Shown one piece after another: positions 29,294 through 39,818 of a DNA stretch of 56,466 nt (the stretch's first letter is position 1; the number at the start of each line of letters is the position of its first letter). The stretch is from Promethearchaeota archaeon (GTDB taxonomy: Archaea > Asgardarchaeota > Lokiarchaeia > Sigyniarchaeales > SOKP01): contig JBHLNS010000017.1 of the NCBI GenBank assembly GCA_048941285.1, positions 1-56,466 on the forward strand, read 5' to 3'. Below the pieces are notes generated by a model, which was not told the DNA's origin, did no database searches, and saw only the letters and a program-made list of their open reading frames with translations. The position numbers and the translations under genes are program-made.

Positions 29294-29815
29294 TTAATAG
29301 TATTCTTCTTTGGTAAGTAATAGCGCGAAGAACCCATAGAAAAATATATTTATTAAACAACTTATTATTGCTAAAACTAAAATATCGTCAGGAACCCACC
29401 CATACATTACAAATAAATTACTTTGAGAAAAGGGGCTTAACCATGCTCCAATAATTACTGAACCAGTACTTATAACTGATGTTAAAAGCCACCCTCCAAA
29501 AGATTTGATTTTACTTTCTCCAAACCTCCCAGCAAGAATTGCTGCTATTAAAGGAGCAACTAAATATCCTATCCCTAATATCAAATAGTTCATATTACTA
29601 TGAAGAAATGGTTGTGCTATTGTCCAATTAAAAATTATGGATGGCGTACTAATTATTGAGCCAAATAAATAATATAAAATCATTAAAGGGGAGGTTTGAA
29701 GTATCGTGAACAAAGCATCAAAACCTATACCAATCGCATAATAAATAATAGTAAAAATAAAATTTAAACCGACAAAAGTAAGTATACTAAATAAAAACGC
29801 TTTACCAAATCCCAT
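29294..29815 (-). CDS. Hypothetical integral membrane protein (about 5 TM)
   Basis: Hydrophobic helices throughout; APLIAAILAGRFGE segment. Confidence 0.8.
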   Translation of the reverse strand: MGFGKAFLFSILTFVGLNFIFTIIYYAIGIGFDALFTILQTSPLMILYYLFGSIISTPSIIFNWTIAQPFLHSNMNYLILGIGYLVAPLIAAILAGRFGESKIKSFGGWLLTSVISTGSVIIGAWLSPFSQSNLFVMYGWVPDDILVLAIISCLINIFFYGFFALLLTKEEYY

Positions 29816-29989
29816 TTTGCTAAAACTCTTTTTATTGGTGTAATATTATAGCTTATTATTTTCAAGGAAGTTATGAGTTTTAAATTTTAGGGTAAAATAA
29901 TTTTTTACGTTAATTAACGATAGACAAGTAATTACAGAATATTTACTCAAAATTTTAATAAATTATGAAATCCTAAAGAGAGTATTACT

Positions 29990-31018
29990 ATGAAAAGAGA
30001 CAATGAAAAGTTTAATCTTGGAAAGCTTAAACATGATTACTTAGCTCAGTTACTTTCAGAAATTGAAATTCAAGATAAGAGAGTAATAATGGGCTCTAAA
30101 ATTGGGGAAGATGCTGCTGTTATTGATATACCGGGTGAAAATTATCTAGTAGCAAAAATTGACCCAATTACGTTTGCAACTGATGAGATTGGGTATTATG
30201 CCGTCATAGTAAATATTAATGATCTCGTATGTACAGGAGCTAAGCCAAAATGGTTTCAATCGACTATATTATTACCTTCTAATTTAACAACAAGTAATAT
30301 GATTGAAGAAATATTTAATAAGATACATAAAACGTGTAAATCAATGGAAGTAACAGTCATAGGAGGTCATACTGAGGTAACCCCAGGACTTACAAGACCA
30401 ATCGTAATTGGGTCTTTAATAGGAGAAGTAGAAAAAAATAAACTTGTACTTACTTCTGGAGCTGAATCGGGAGATGCATTAATTTTAACCAAAGGTATTT
30501 TTATCGAAGGTACTTCTATCATTGGTCGTGAAAAAGAGAAGGATTTGCTGAATAAGGGATTCGATGAAAATTTTATTAAAAAATGTAAGAATTATCTATA
30601 TAATCCTGGAATAAGCGTATTAAATGAAGCTCTCTTAGCAAATGAACATTTTCGAATTAAATCTATGCATGATCCTACGGAAGGTGGTGTTTATACTGGA
30701 ATAGCGGAAATGAGTATAGCTTCAAAAACGGGTGTGATAATTAATGAAAAACAAATAAATATTTTACCAGAATCAAAGATCTTAAGTAAAATATTTAATC
30801 TTAATCCATACAATTGTATTGCTTCAGGAGCCTTATTAATTGCTGTTAAGCAAGAAGATTCATCTGATTTAATTGAGTTTCTTGGAAAAAGTAAAATATT
30901 TGCCAAACAAATCGGTAATTTTACTTCAATAGATAAAGGATTAATAGTTCAGAAAGAAAGTGGAAATAAAGAATTACTTAAATACTCCGAAACTGATGAA
31001 ATTACAAAGATTCTGTAA
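29990..31018 (+). CDS. AIR-synthase-related protein (PurM/HypE/ThiL superfamily)
   Basis: GEDAAV, NINDL...GAKP, IGGHTE and MHDPTEGG motifs. Confidence 0.88.
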   Translation: MKRDNEKFNLGKLKHDYLAQLLSEIEIQDKRVIMGSKIGEDAAVIDIPGENYLVAKIDPITFATDEIGYYAVIVNINDLVCTGAKPKWFQSTILLPSNLTTSNMIEEIFNKIHKTCKSMEVTVIGGHTEVTPGLTRPIVIGSLIGEVEKNKLVLTSGAESGDALILTKGIFIEGTSIIGREKEKDLLNKGFDENFIKKCKNYLYNPGISVLNEALLANEHFRIKSMHDPTEGGVYTGIAEMSIASKTGVIINEKQINILPESKILSKIFNLNPYNCIASGALLIAVKQEDSSDLIEFLGKSKIFAKQIGNFTSIDKGLIVQKESGNKELLKYSETDEITKIL

Positions 31019-31052
31019 TTTTCAATCTTATGTCAAAATGAAATTTTAAAGT

Positions 31053-31065
31053 TGTCAATTTGACA
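31053..31065. promoter_or_regulatory. Inverted repeat TGTCAA-T-TTGACA, candidate protein-binding site
   Basis: Perfect 6-1-6 palindrome, with another TGTCAA half-site at 31031. Confidence 0.35.
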
Positions 31066-31186
31066 CATTTATCCTTTCTTGACTAAGATTTTTATTTTTA
31101 AATTTTTATTTTATTAATAATAACAATATAAACTTAGGTTTGTTAACATTCTTATAATTAGCTAAAAAGTTTAAACTAGATTAAAC

Positions 31187-33109
31187 GTGGCTTATAACGA
31201 ATTAAAATATATTATTGAACATCTTATAAATACATCGATTAATGAAGATTATAGTTTTAATACTATTAATAAGGTACTATTTGATATCTTAGAGAAAAAA
31301 AATACTAAGTATGAAGAATTCAAAAATCATGTCAAATTAAGATGGGAAGCTTTTCAAAAAAAGAATCAAAATCGCATAATAAAAAAAACCTTCACTTCAT
31401 TTTTCTATGAAAGCTTTCACGATTTATTCAGTTACTTTCTACAAGAGTTTTTTGGCTTTACTGTAAATTCCCTCGAGTTATTTACTAAAGAAAAAATATC
31501 TGAAAAAATAATATTTTTTGAATATAACTATCTTTTAGATCCAAATGAAGAAAAAATATTTATCAAAATTTCTGATGATTTTCAAGTCGATCTACTATAT
31601 GGTTTTTCAATATTTACAGGATACCTTTATTTTATTGTTCGACTTTTAGGAATGGTTGTTAGAAATGCAATCGAAGAAAATATTTTCATTCTCCTTGATG
31701 CAATTATTATTGAAAACGGGGAATTTAATAAAAACTTGAATTTTTTAATAATTTGTAAGGATAGTAAAGATGAAATCTTTGAAGCTTATTATAATATGGT
31801 TCTTTATTATTTCTTGAGACAAATAAAAGGTATTCCAGAAAAATATTTTGAGAGATTATATAAGGGAAGAGAAAAATTATATGAGATCGCTATAAATGAA
31901 TATTCTACCTCACAAGAAAAATTAGTAGATCTATTATATTATTTCTATAAGAAATGTAATTTACTTCAAAGTTTTTCCCCCTTATTAGACTTTTTCAATT
32001 TTGTAGGTGCTAGAGTGGAAGATTCAGTATTTTCCAAGTTGGATATTATAAAAAAAGAATTCCTTATTAACCTTGACTATTCAACTGAAAAAAAAAATGC
32101 TATTATCAAATTTTTTCAATATCTTGACAACAAATCTACCTTATACTCTACTTTCCAAGCAAATAATTTGCCTTCAGCGAAATCACAGTTCAATCTATTC
32201 TTACTATATATGAAATATTATTTTGGCAGTGGATTAGAGGCATTAGAAGTGGGGGATTTACTTTTTTTACCAGAGGTTTTTAAAACCACATTAAATCAAT
32301 ATAATAAAAAGTTTGATGATGTTATAGGGGCAAATACAATTAAAAACATTAAAGAATTTTTAAATTACTTATCGACACTTTCAAATATCCATAATATCGA
32401 ATTATTTTTTTATAAGGTTTTTAATAAAAATGTATCTCAACTGAATTATGGTTTTTTCAAAACATTTTTAAAAAGCTTTAATTCAAAATTTTCTCAGAAA
32501 ATAACTCGTGAAAATGAAATTCTTACAGAAAATCCAGAAAATTCTCCTTTAACCTTTCAGATTATAGTCGATCATATATGTCGAATTCTTTATGTATTAA
32601 TTGATAAAATATTCATACGTTCTTCTCCAAATGAAGCCTCTAGTAATTTCATTGATCCACGCAGTCGCTACATTGGGAAAAATATTGCCTTAAGGGTTTT
32701 AGAACTTTTTGTTTTTCAAGATATAAATTATTCTGACGACGTATGGCCAGATTATATCATTAGTTTAAACAAAGAACAGCTTAGGGAAGAATTGAAACCA
32801 TATAATGTGGCACTTCCAGAACAACATTTCTATACTCTCGAAGAATTAATACAAATTATGATTACTTATACTGTCCAGTCTTTCTCTGATCAACCTTTTT
32901 TCGAAGAGTGGATAATATATGAGATTATATTACCGTTAAATAATATTATTAAAGAAATTCGGAATTCAGTTAGAGATCCAACCAATGAAATTGAAGTATA
33001 TAAAAAAGTAAGTGAATATTTAAGTACAGATATACAAGATGAAAAAATTAAAAAAGAATTTGATTTTTTTTGCCATCAATTAGCTCTTTTTTGGAGAAAT
33101 GTTGAATAG
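31187..33109 (+). CDS. Large hypothetical protein (helical, F/Y/L-rich)
   Basis: 640-aa ORF; no motif recognised. Confidence 0.8.
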   Translation: MAYNELKYIIEHLINTSINEDYSFNTINKVLFDILEKKNTKYEEFKNHVKLRWEAFQKKNQNRIIKKTFTSFFYESFHDLFSYFLQEFFGFTVNSLELFTKEKISEKIIFFEYNYLLDPNEEKIFIKISDDFQVDLLYGFSIFTGYLYFIVRLLGMVVRNAIEENIFILLDAIIIENGEFNKNLNFLIICKDSKDEIFEAYYNMVLYYFLRQIKGIPEKYFERLYKGREKLYEIAINEYSTSQEKLVDLLYYFYKKCNLLQSFSPLLDFFNFVGARVEDSVFSKLDIIKKEFLINLDYSTEKKNAIIKFFQYLDNKSTLYSTFQANNLPSAKSQFNLFLLYMKYYFGSGLEALEVGDLLFLPEVFKTTLNQYNKKFDDVIGANTIKNIKEFLNYLSTLSNIHNIELFFYKVFNKNVSQLNYGFFKTFLKSFNSKFSQKITRENEILTENPENSPLTFQIIVDHICRILYVLIDKIFIRSSPNEASSNFIDPRSRYIGKNIALRVLELFVFQDINYSDDVWPDYIISLNKEQLREELKPYNVALPEQHFYTLEELIQIMITYTVQSFSDQPFFEEWIIYEIILPLNNIIKEIRNSVRDPTNEIEVYKKVSEYLSTDIQDEKIKKEFDFFCHQLALFWRNVE

Positions 33110-33601
33110 ATCTAAAAAAATTGGAAATTGATTTTGAATATCTATTATAGGGACATTAAATATAGCATTTTTAGTGATTTGTTTTGTACAGATTACTCCT
33201 GAAATCATTTTTACATTTTCCGTTAATTGTTCTTCAATCTCGTTTAAATTAGATATACATAGAACAGTTGGATTATTTAGATTCCGAAAACCTTCTGTAA
33301 ACGTTAAATCCGGTTTAAATGGCCCTGAATGTAACCATTTTAAGAAATTTCCAAATTGATCTTCCTCTATTTTTGTAAAAATAGCAGTTTCATTACTAGC
33401 ATTTTGAATTACAGAAAAAATTGCTCCCGCTTCATTAAATCTATAAGAATCTTTTCCCTCATCATCAACAGGATGATGCTTTACGTTTTTTATTACAGAA
33501 ACATTGTAATTCATTGTGTTTCTTAATAATTTTATAGCACTTGTAATAAAAAATGTTTTTCCTGAACCCGAATATCCCACAACATCTATAAATGAAATAA
33601 T
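33080..33601 (-). CDS. mobB: Molybdopterin-guanine dinucleotide biosynthesis protein MobB; probable ATT start (33601 or 33598)
   Basis: (I)ISFIDVVGYSGSGKT, GKDSYRF..AGA and EGFR motifs. The track start at GTG 33580 removes the beta-strand before the P-loop. Confidence 0.85.
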   Translation of the reverse strand: MISFIDVVGYSGSGKTFFITSAIKLLRNTMNYNVSVIKNVKHHPVDDEGKDSYRFNEAGAIFSVIQNASNETAIFTKIEEDQFGNFLKWLHSGPFKPDLTFTEGFRNLNNPTVLCISNLNEIEEQLTENVKMISGVICTKQITKNAIFNVPIIDIQNQFPIFLDLFNISPKKS

Positions 33602-33785
33602 ATTTCACGCTAATTAATTTTTGATAAAAATATATTTAATTAAATCTACGATAATTAAGCTAATTTATACTCAATTCTTTTTCTTTCTTTATTTATTTTA
33701 ATGAAAAAAAAATATATTACTCTTATTTCTATTATTTATTTAAATAACATTTTTCTAAATCATTACAGTAAACTTTGTTAATCAA

Positions 33786-35774
33786 ATGATTAGCTCAAAT
33801 ATATTTGTTTTTGATGCGAATTTTTTTATTTGTATGCTACAAATTAAAGCACGTAACATTTTAGGAAATTTAAGAAAAGTAGCAGAAGATTTGGGCTATA
33901 AATATTATATTTCTCAATCCGTCTTTGATGAAATTAAAGCCCCTCATACATATAAAGATAAAATGAAGACATTCATTACTATAGAAGAAGTCTCTCTTGA
34001 TGAAATTCATTCAATTAAAAATTATCTTAACCAATATAATGTTAGATTTCCCGCACAAGATCCAGATCTCACTCTCGTATGTATCGGAGACAGATTATTA
34101 AAAAATAATAATTTATTACCTGTTCATCTTGTTACAGACGATTTTAAACTAGCTAAAAATACAAATTTGCTTTATAAAGGAAAAATAGATATCTTGTCAC
34201 TCTCAAGTTTTCTATTAAAATTACAAAGAACAACATCGGATTCTCAGATGCGAAAATATTTTGAAGAAATTTGGAAGAGAAGTCTAAATTATACATTATC
34301 ATATATGATTGAACGTTCTAAAATTTATCCTGCAGAGCAAAAAATAACTTGGTTAATTGAAAAAGCGATAGCTGTTACTGAAAGTTCAATTTTAACTCAA
34401 GATGTAGAGATTGAAAATCCCGATACTGGTATGAAATTCGAGATTGGTGCTGTTAAATATATAAATGAAATTGATATTGCAGAGAAATATATTGCAAATC
34501 AAGCTATCCCTCAAAGTGAAGAAGAAAAAATATCAGGGATTCTAAAATTTTTAGAAAATCTGAAGATTTCAAGAGAGTATATAATTCGAGCTCGCAAAGC
34601 TATAACCAAAAGTGAAACAAAAGATGCTATAAAATTATTAAAAACGGGGAATGGCTTCTTAGTATCTCTACTTCAAGTTGCTTCAGGACAATTGACAAAT
34701 TTAAAGGATTATGAGATTGTTGAACAATTAATATGTTCTGAAATTAGTAAGATGGAATTTTTAAGAGCATTTTTATTAGTTTCGCTTGGCCGTATTAATA
34801 ATGCTATCGATTCACTTGAAAGAGCGGCATTATTCTCTATTATAATTCATAATTATAAAACTTGTTTAACTTTAAATTATCTCAAAGCCTTGATCTATTT
34901 ATTTCATGGGCTCTATGAAAATGCTATCAAACAATATAATTTTTCTGAAGAGCTAGCTGACATTTATGAAGATGATAAACTACGTCTTAAATGTTTAATT
35001 GGAAAAGCGATAGCAATTTATATTCAAGGTGAAGATAGAAATATGGCTATGAATATTATGGAAGAAATCTCGAAAATTGATTTAGATAAAAATTTTCTTG
35101 ATGCCATTATTGTATTTAGTGAACTAGGAGATTATTTCTTAGCGTTAGGACATTCTCAAATTGCTGCAAATCTTTATAACCAAGCATTAGAAATTTCAAT
35201 CGATTACAAATTGTCATTTAAAAGTGAGATATTGATTGAAAAATTAAAACGGGCTTATATAGCAACGGTGTTAGTTGGATATTCCGCAGAAGATATGATT
35301 GATAGATTAGATCTTCTATTAGATAAAGCCTATGCAATTAAAGATATTGAGAAATATAATGAGCAAATTAAGAAGATTGCTAGTTTTAATGAATTATTCT
35401 ATACCCCTTTTGAACATATTTCCGGAAAGAAAAAAATTATTCCTTACATGAATCTTCCAAACGAATTGAAAGAAGATTATTTGGAAGTAGTTCACTTTGA
35501 GAAAAATAAGGAAAAAGAAGGTGAAATTCTATTTGTAGTCTCCCATTATGAACTTGGATTACTTGGAATCAAATTGAAAACAAATGAGAATGTTACGGGG
35601 ATTGCTGAAAATTACACTTTAAAAATAAAATCTGGTGCAAAAGTTAAAATATACGAACCAGAAGCAACTTTAAGAAATACTTTCTTGATTAGAGCTATTA
35701 TAGAAGTTGTTGATGATAATCAAGTTCAAATTAAATACACACTTCCAAGTTTCTTCAAACAATTAAATTTATGA
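33786..35774 (+). CDS. PIN-domain protein with C-terminal TPR repeats
   Basis: FDANFF, SVFDEI, DPD and LVTDDFKL acidic PIN motifs, followed by TPR-like helices. Confidence 0.72.
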   Translation: MISSNIFVFDANFFICMLQIKARNILGNLRKVAEDLGYKYYISQSVFDEIKAPHTYKDKMKTFITIEEVSLDEIHSIKNYLNQYNVRFPAQDPDLTLVCIGDRLLKNNNLLPVHLVTDDFKLAKNTNLLYKGKIDILSLSSFLLKLQRTTSDSQMRKYFEEIWKRSLNYTLSYMIERSKIYPAEQKITWLIEKAIAVTESSILTQDVEIENPDTGMKFEIGAVKYINEIDIAEKYIANQAIPQSEEEKISGILKFLENLKISREYIIRARKAITKSETKDAIKLLKTGNGFLVSLLQVASGQLTNLKDYEIVEQLICSEISKMEFLRAFLLVSLGRINNAIDSLERAALFSIIIHNYKTCLTLNYLKALIYLFHGLYENAIKQYNFSEELADIYEDDKLRLKCLIGKAIAIYIQGEDRNMAMNIMEEISKIDLDKNFLDAIIVFSELGDYFLALGHSQIAANLYNQALEISIDYKLSFKSEILIEKLKRAYIATVLVGYSAEDMIDRLDLLLDKAYAIKDIEKYNEQIKKIASFNELFYTPFEHISGKKKIIPYMNLPNELKEDYLEVVHFEKNKEKEGEILFVVSHYELGLLGIKLKTNENVTGIAENYTLKIKSGAKVKIYEPEATLRNTFLIRAIIEVVDDNQVQIKYTLPSFFKQLNL

Positions 35775-35806
35775 TAAAATACTTACATTTTATCTAAGGG
35801 TTGAGA

Positions 35807-36079
35807 TTACCTCTTTCTTAAATTCTTATCTCGTTGACTAATTTGATGACCATGGATAGCACAGCTAATACAGTAATATTTAGTTTTACTTGGTGCTTGA
35901 ATAATTGTACCAGCTTTTTTTAATTCTGTGTACATTCGGCTATCAACAAGAGAAACCCTTTTTGTCACTGCCTTTGCTTTACTTCTAGCAACAAATCTTC
36001 CACATTTACTACACTGAACTCTAGCATAATGTCCTTTACTAGAACCACTTCTTCCACCACTTTTTCTTTTTTTTGGAAT
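35807..36079 (-). CDS. rps26e: Ribosomal protein eS26 (S26e), ATT start
   Basis: Not in the ORF track. (I)PKKRKSGGRSGSSKGHYARVQCSKCGRFVARSKAK...KYYCISCAIHGHQISQRDKNLRKR*. Confidence 0.95.
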   Translation of the reverse strand: MPKKRKSGGRSGSSKGHYARVQCSKCGRFVARSKAKAVTKRVSLVDSRMYTELKKAGTIIQAPSKTKYYCISCAIHGHQISQRDKNLRKR

Positions 36080-36239
36080 AGAAATCAGCTACCTTTAGTT
36101 TTTGCTTATTTAGCTTTACTCAATATTCTAAATGAATTATATAAAACTTAAAAAATTTACCCTTTAACGTTAAAAAGTACAAAATAAATATAGAAAATAG
36201 AAATTTTAAGAGCTAAAGAACTACTATTATCATTTTTGC

Positions 36240-36935
36240 TTAACTTCTTAATGCTTTAAAGGTATAATTTAATCTTTGTATAACAGTATAAATTAAAGTA
36301 ACAGTGTATATTAATATACTAATTAAAAAAACTGGTGTGACAGGAACCCTTGTAACAAACGGAACAGAAACCGTTAAAGGTTCATTAAATATGAGAAATG
36401 ATGAAAAGTATAATATTAATTCTATGACGATAGCAAAAAGTAAGAAAAGAATTCGCTCAGCTCTTTCCATAAATCCAATACCTTTCATATTAACGCCTTC
36501 ATTTTCAGCCCTAGAACGTATATAGGAAATCATTATAACTAAAAACAATATGATATACCCTAATAAAAAATCTACTAAACCTCCATAAATTAAAGCCAAA
36601 ACTAAAATTGCGTCAGAAAGTCTATCTAAATTTGAATCCAGAAATGCACCAGCTTGAGTTTCTTTATTTGTTCTTCTTGCTACTTCCCCATCAAATAAAT
36701 CCATAGCCCCGGCTATTCCCATAATGACGGGTATAATCCATGAAAGCCAAATTGAGAAATATAGTCCATAAATAGCAATTATTAATGATGCAACTAAAGA
36801 ACATACAAATCCAATGAGAGAAATCTTGTTAGGTGTAAATTTATGTTTAATCAAAAATTCTACTGGACGATTTATATATTTATTCGAAATTTCTCTCTGT
36901 CGAATTCTTTTATTTATATCTTCGGTTTCATTCAA
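36240..36935 (-). CDS. CDP-alcohol phosphatidyltransferase family protein
   Basis: TPNKIS, DLFDGEVARR...GAFLDSNLDRLSD and SYIRSRAE motifs. Confidence 0.92.
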   Translation of the reverse strand: MNETEDINKRIRQREISNKYINRPVEFLIKHKFTPNKISLIGFVCSLVASLIIAIYGLYFSIWLSWIIPVIMGIAGAMDLFDGEVARRTNKETQAGAFLDSNLDRLSDAILVLALIYGGLVDFLLGYIILFLVIMISYIRSRAENEGVNMKGIGFMERAERILFLLFAIVIELILYFSSFLIFNEPLTVSVPFVTRVPVTPVFLISILIYTVTLIYTVIQRLNYTFKALRS

Positions 36936-37005
36936 GTTTTTATTAAATCCTATAATCTCATTATTTCGATTAATATTTTTAAAATACTTTCTAATAAAAA
37001 ATTTA

Positions 37006-37599
37006 TTATATTCTCATTATATATAATTTCACTAATCGAATAATTGAGGAAGCTAAATATGATTGATTTCCAAAACTTAATCTGGGAATTTTTAATGTTA
37101 ATAATTCTTCTGAATTAAGAAATTCATCTTCTTGACTGCCTAATATGAAAACAACATTTTCTTTTTCATGAATATTATTAAATAGTAGGAAAAAATCTTC
37201 TCCTTTTTCTTGAAGTATATATATATTATAATTTATTTTTTTGAAATACATAATTGCTTCAATAATCCCTTTATTCGATTTCTTTAACGAGTTTAATGGA
37301 TTGAAGGGTTGTTTTATATTAAGATTCTTCTGTATGAAACTAGCAAAATAATCTGTCAACAGAATTTCATTTTTTGGAAAATTAGCATAATTTAAATTCT
37401 CGAAAGAAAAAATAAAAGTGCCATAACGATCTAAAAATACCCAAATTTGAGTATTTTCATCAAAATTATTATTCTTTTTTAGTGCTGCTAAAATACATCT
37501 CGAAATTACATCTAATCTTCCTGAGGAACTCGGAATATCTTTTATGTTATAATTATCAACGTTTACAGTTTTAGATTTGATAAAGAAGATAATAGCCAT
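37006..37599 (-). CDS. trmY: tRNA (pseudouridine54-N1)-methyltransferase TrmY-like SPOUT protein
   Basis: SSGRLDVISRC, FILGS and LSFGNQSYLAS motifs. Confidence 0.78.
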   Translation of the reverse strand: MAIIFFIKSKTVNVDNYNIKDIPSSSGRLDVISRCILAALKKNNNFDENTQIWVFLDRYGTFIFSFENLNYANFPKNEILLTDYFASFIQKNLNIKQPFNPLNSLKKSNKGIIEAIMYFKKINYNIYILQEKGEDFFLLFNNIHEKENVVFILGSQEDEFLNSEELLTLKIPRLSFGNQSYLASSIIRLVKLYIMRI

Positions 37600-37714
37600 A
37601 ACATTAGCAATTTATTTAATATATTAGAAACAATTTTTTAATTAAAATTATTATATTAAGAATTAATAATACCATAATCCAAATAATCATAATTTAAAAT
37701 TTCAAGGTATTAGC

Positions 37715-38650
37715 ATGGATGAAATTGATATTTCACTCTCAATGGCTTTGATGGTTAATTCAAGAATACCTTACAAAGAATTGGCTGAAAAATTTGATAT
37801 GAGTGTGAATTCAATTCATAAAAGAATAAAAAACCTAGTAGATCTAGGAGTAATACAAAGATTTAATGCAAAATTAGGATTCCCCAACTTTCCAAGGATA
37901 GCTAATATTATTATATTTGGGTTTTCAAATCTAAGACAAAAAAAACTTTTGATTAATAAATTAGGAGAAAATGAAAATATATATAATGTTACGCAAGGGA
38001 GCGGCAATGCTTTATATATACATGCATATCTTAGGAATATTGGTGAATTAGACACATTAGTGTCATTTGTTCGAAAAATAGGAAATTTAAAGGATTTCAT
38101 TATTGGCATTGATAAGGAAATGCCACCAATTGCTTTAGAAGAATTAAATCTTAAACCTCCTTCTGATTTGGATTATCTTATTATTAATTCATTAAAAAAC
38201 AATTCGAGGAAGTCAATTTCTGACATTTCACTTGAAGTTGGAGCCTCAACTAAAACAATAAGAAGAAGATTAGATCGCTTGACCGAAGATTTTCTTGTTC
38301 AATTTCAAATAGATTGGTATCCTGACAAAACGGGGATAATAACTTCAATGATAAATTTAAAATTAGATTCCAATGTAATTATTGATGATAAGGATTTTGA
38401 GGAAAAATTAAAAAAAAAATTAGGATCAAAATTACTCATTACTTGGTCGTTTAGTAACCTTCCTAATCTTAAAATTATTTTGATATGGACTCAATCCATG
38501 AAAGAACTTCAAGAATTACAAGCTTTGCTTTTATCCGAGAACTATGAAAAGGTTGATCTAACAGTACTAATTGAAGGAAAAATGTTTTCAAGTTGGGTTG
38601 ATACATACTTAGAAGATAAAGTAGTTGAAATTAAATCGAAATCAAAATAA
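37715..38650 (+). CDS. Tandem Lrp/AsnC-family transcriptional regulator
   Basis: Two wHTH plus effector-domain repeats (NSRIPYKELA and NSRKSISDIS). Confidence 0.88.
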   Translation: MDEIDISLSMALMVNSRIPYKELAEKFDMSVNSIHKRIKNLVDLGVIQRFNAKLGFPNFPRIANIIIFGFSNLRQKKLLINKLGENENIYNVTQGSGNALYIHAYLRNIGELDTLVSFVRKIGNLKDFIIGIDKEMPPIALEELNLKPPSDLDYLIINSLKNNSRKSISDISLEVGASTKTIRRRLDRLTEDFLVQFQIDWYPDKTGIITSMINLKLDSNVIIDDKDFEEKLKKKLGSKLLITWSFSNLPNLKIILIWTQSMKELQELQALLLSENYEKVDLTVLIEGKMFSSWVDTYLEDKVVEIKSKSK

Positions 38651-38984
38651 TCAACAAAGTCATATTTTCTTTTTTCCAACTATTAAATATAATAATGGGA
38701 ACTAAAATTAAAGAATTGATTTATATATAGATTTTTAAATTTTTTTATAGGGCCTAAAAAGAATCAATTTAAAAATTCAATTAAAAAGAAATTGATTTCA
38801 TCAGGTATAATTTTTCACCCATGTGGGTTAAAAAAGTCCCAAATATCTTATACTTTTTTCCTTTTTTAGATAGACTAAGTTCGCATTAATTTTAAATACG
38901 TTTTTTCATGATTCAATATCAAAAATTGGACTAAAAATGTTTTATAATATTTTAAAAGTTAAATTAAATAACAATTAATGTAAT

Positions 38985-39818
38985 GTGAAAAAAATGGAAG
39001 AAACAAAAATTAGAACAAAACCATATGAAAAACCCGAAAATATACGTTATCCTAATAGTGAAATATCAATTGATGTTAGAGATCTTAAGAAACATTTTAA
39101 AGGGAGGAAGGGTTTAGATGATGTTAAAGCTGTTGACGGAATTTCTTTCAAAGTTAAATCTGGTGAACTTTTTGGTTTTTTAGGACCAAACGGGGCAGGA
39201 AAAACTACAACTATTCAAATGTTGATTGGATTACTTAAACCTACTGATGGGACTGCACTGATAAATGGTTATGACATTCATGAAGATCTACCAAATATTA
39301 AAGAATTAATTGGAGTTTGTCCTCAAGAACCTGCAGTTTTTAAGCAACTCTCTGGCAGGGAAAATATTGCGCTTTTCGGGAATCTTCATTTAATGCCTAA
39401 AGATGATCTAAAAAGAAGAACTGAAACTCTGTTAAATACTTTGGATCTTGCAAGAGCTAGTAAGAGAAAGGCTAAAGGGTATAGTGGCGGTATGCTTCGT
39501 CAATTAAATTTAATTATTGCATTAATTCATGATCCAATGATTTTGTTTTTAGACGAGCCCACAGTTGGAATGGATCCACGAGTTCGAAGAAAAACATGGG
39601 AATTTATAGGAAGCCTAAAACAAGTAAATAAAACGATTTTCTTGACTACTCATTATATTGAGGAAGCAGAAGCATTATGTGATAGAGTTGCTATAATAGA
39701 TTATGGGGAACTGCTGGATATAGGTTCACCTCAAGAATTAATGGAAAAATATAAATCAAATAACTTAGAGGGCGTTTTTATGAAAATTACAGGTAGAAGG
39801 ATTATGGAGGGGATGTAA
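38985..39818 (+). CDS. ABC-2 exporter ATP-binding protein
   Basis: GPNGAGKT, YSGGM, LDEPT and TTHY motifs. Confidence 0.93.
   Translation: MKKMEETKIRTKPYEKPENIRYPNSEISIDVRDLKKHFKGRKGLDDVKAVDGISFKVKSGELFGFLGPNGAGKTTTIQMLIGLLKPTDGTALINGYDIHEDLPNIKELIGVCPQEPAVFKQLSGRENIALFGNLHLMPKDDLKRRTETLLNTLDLARASKRKAKGYSGGMLRQLNLIIALIHDPMILFLDEPTVGMDPRVRRKTWEFIGSLKQVNKTIFLTTHYIEEAEALCDRVAIIDYGELLDIGSPQELMEKYKSNNLEGVFMKITGRRIMEGM

Noticed and set aside
29990-31018. Selenophosphate synthetase SelD (would support the UGA finding)
   Set aside because: It lacks the N-terminal Cys/Sec-x-x-Lys motif and fits the generic AIR-synthase-related family.
38700-38940. Recurring AATTGATT/AATCAATT and GACTAA words upstream of the ABC-2 operon as Lrp boxes
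   Set aside because: Too short and AT-rich to separate from background by eye.
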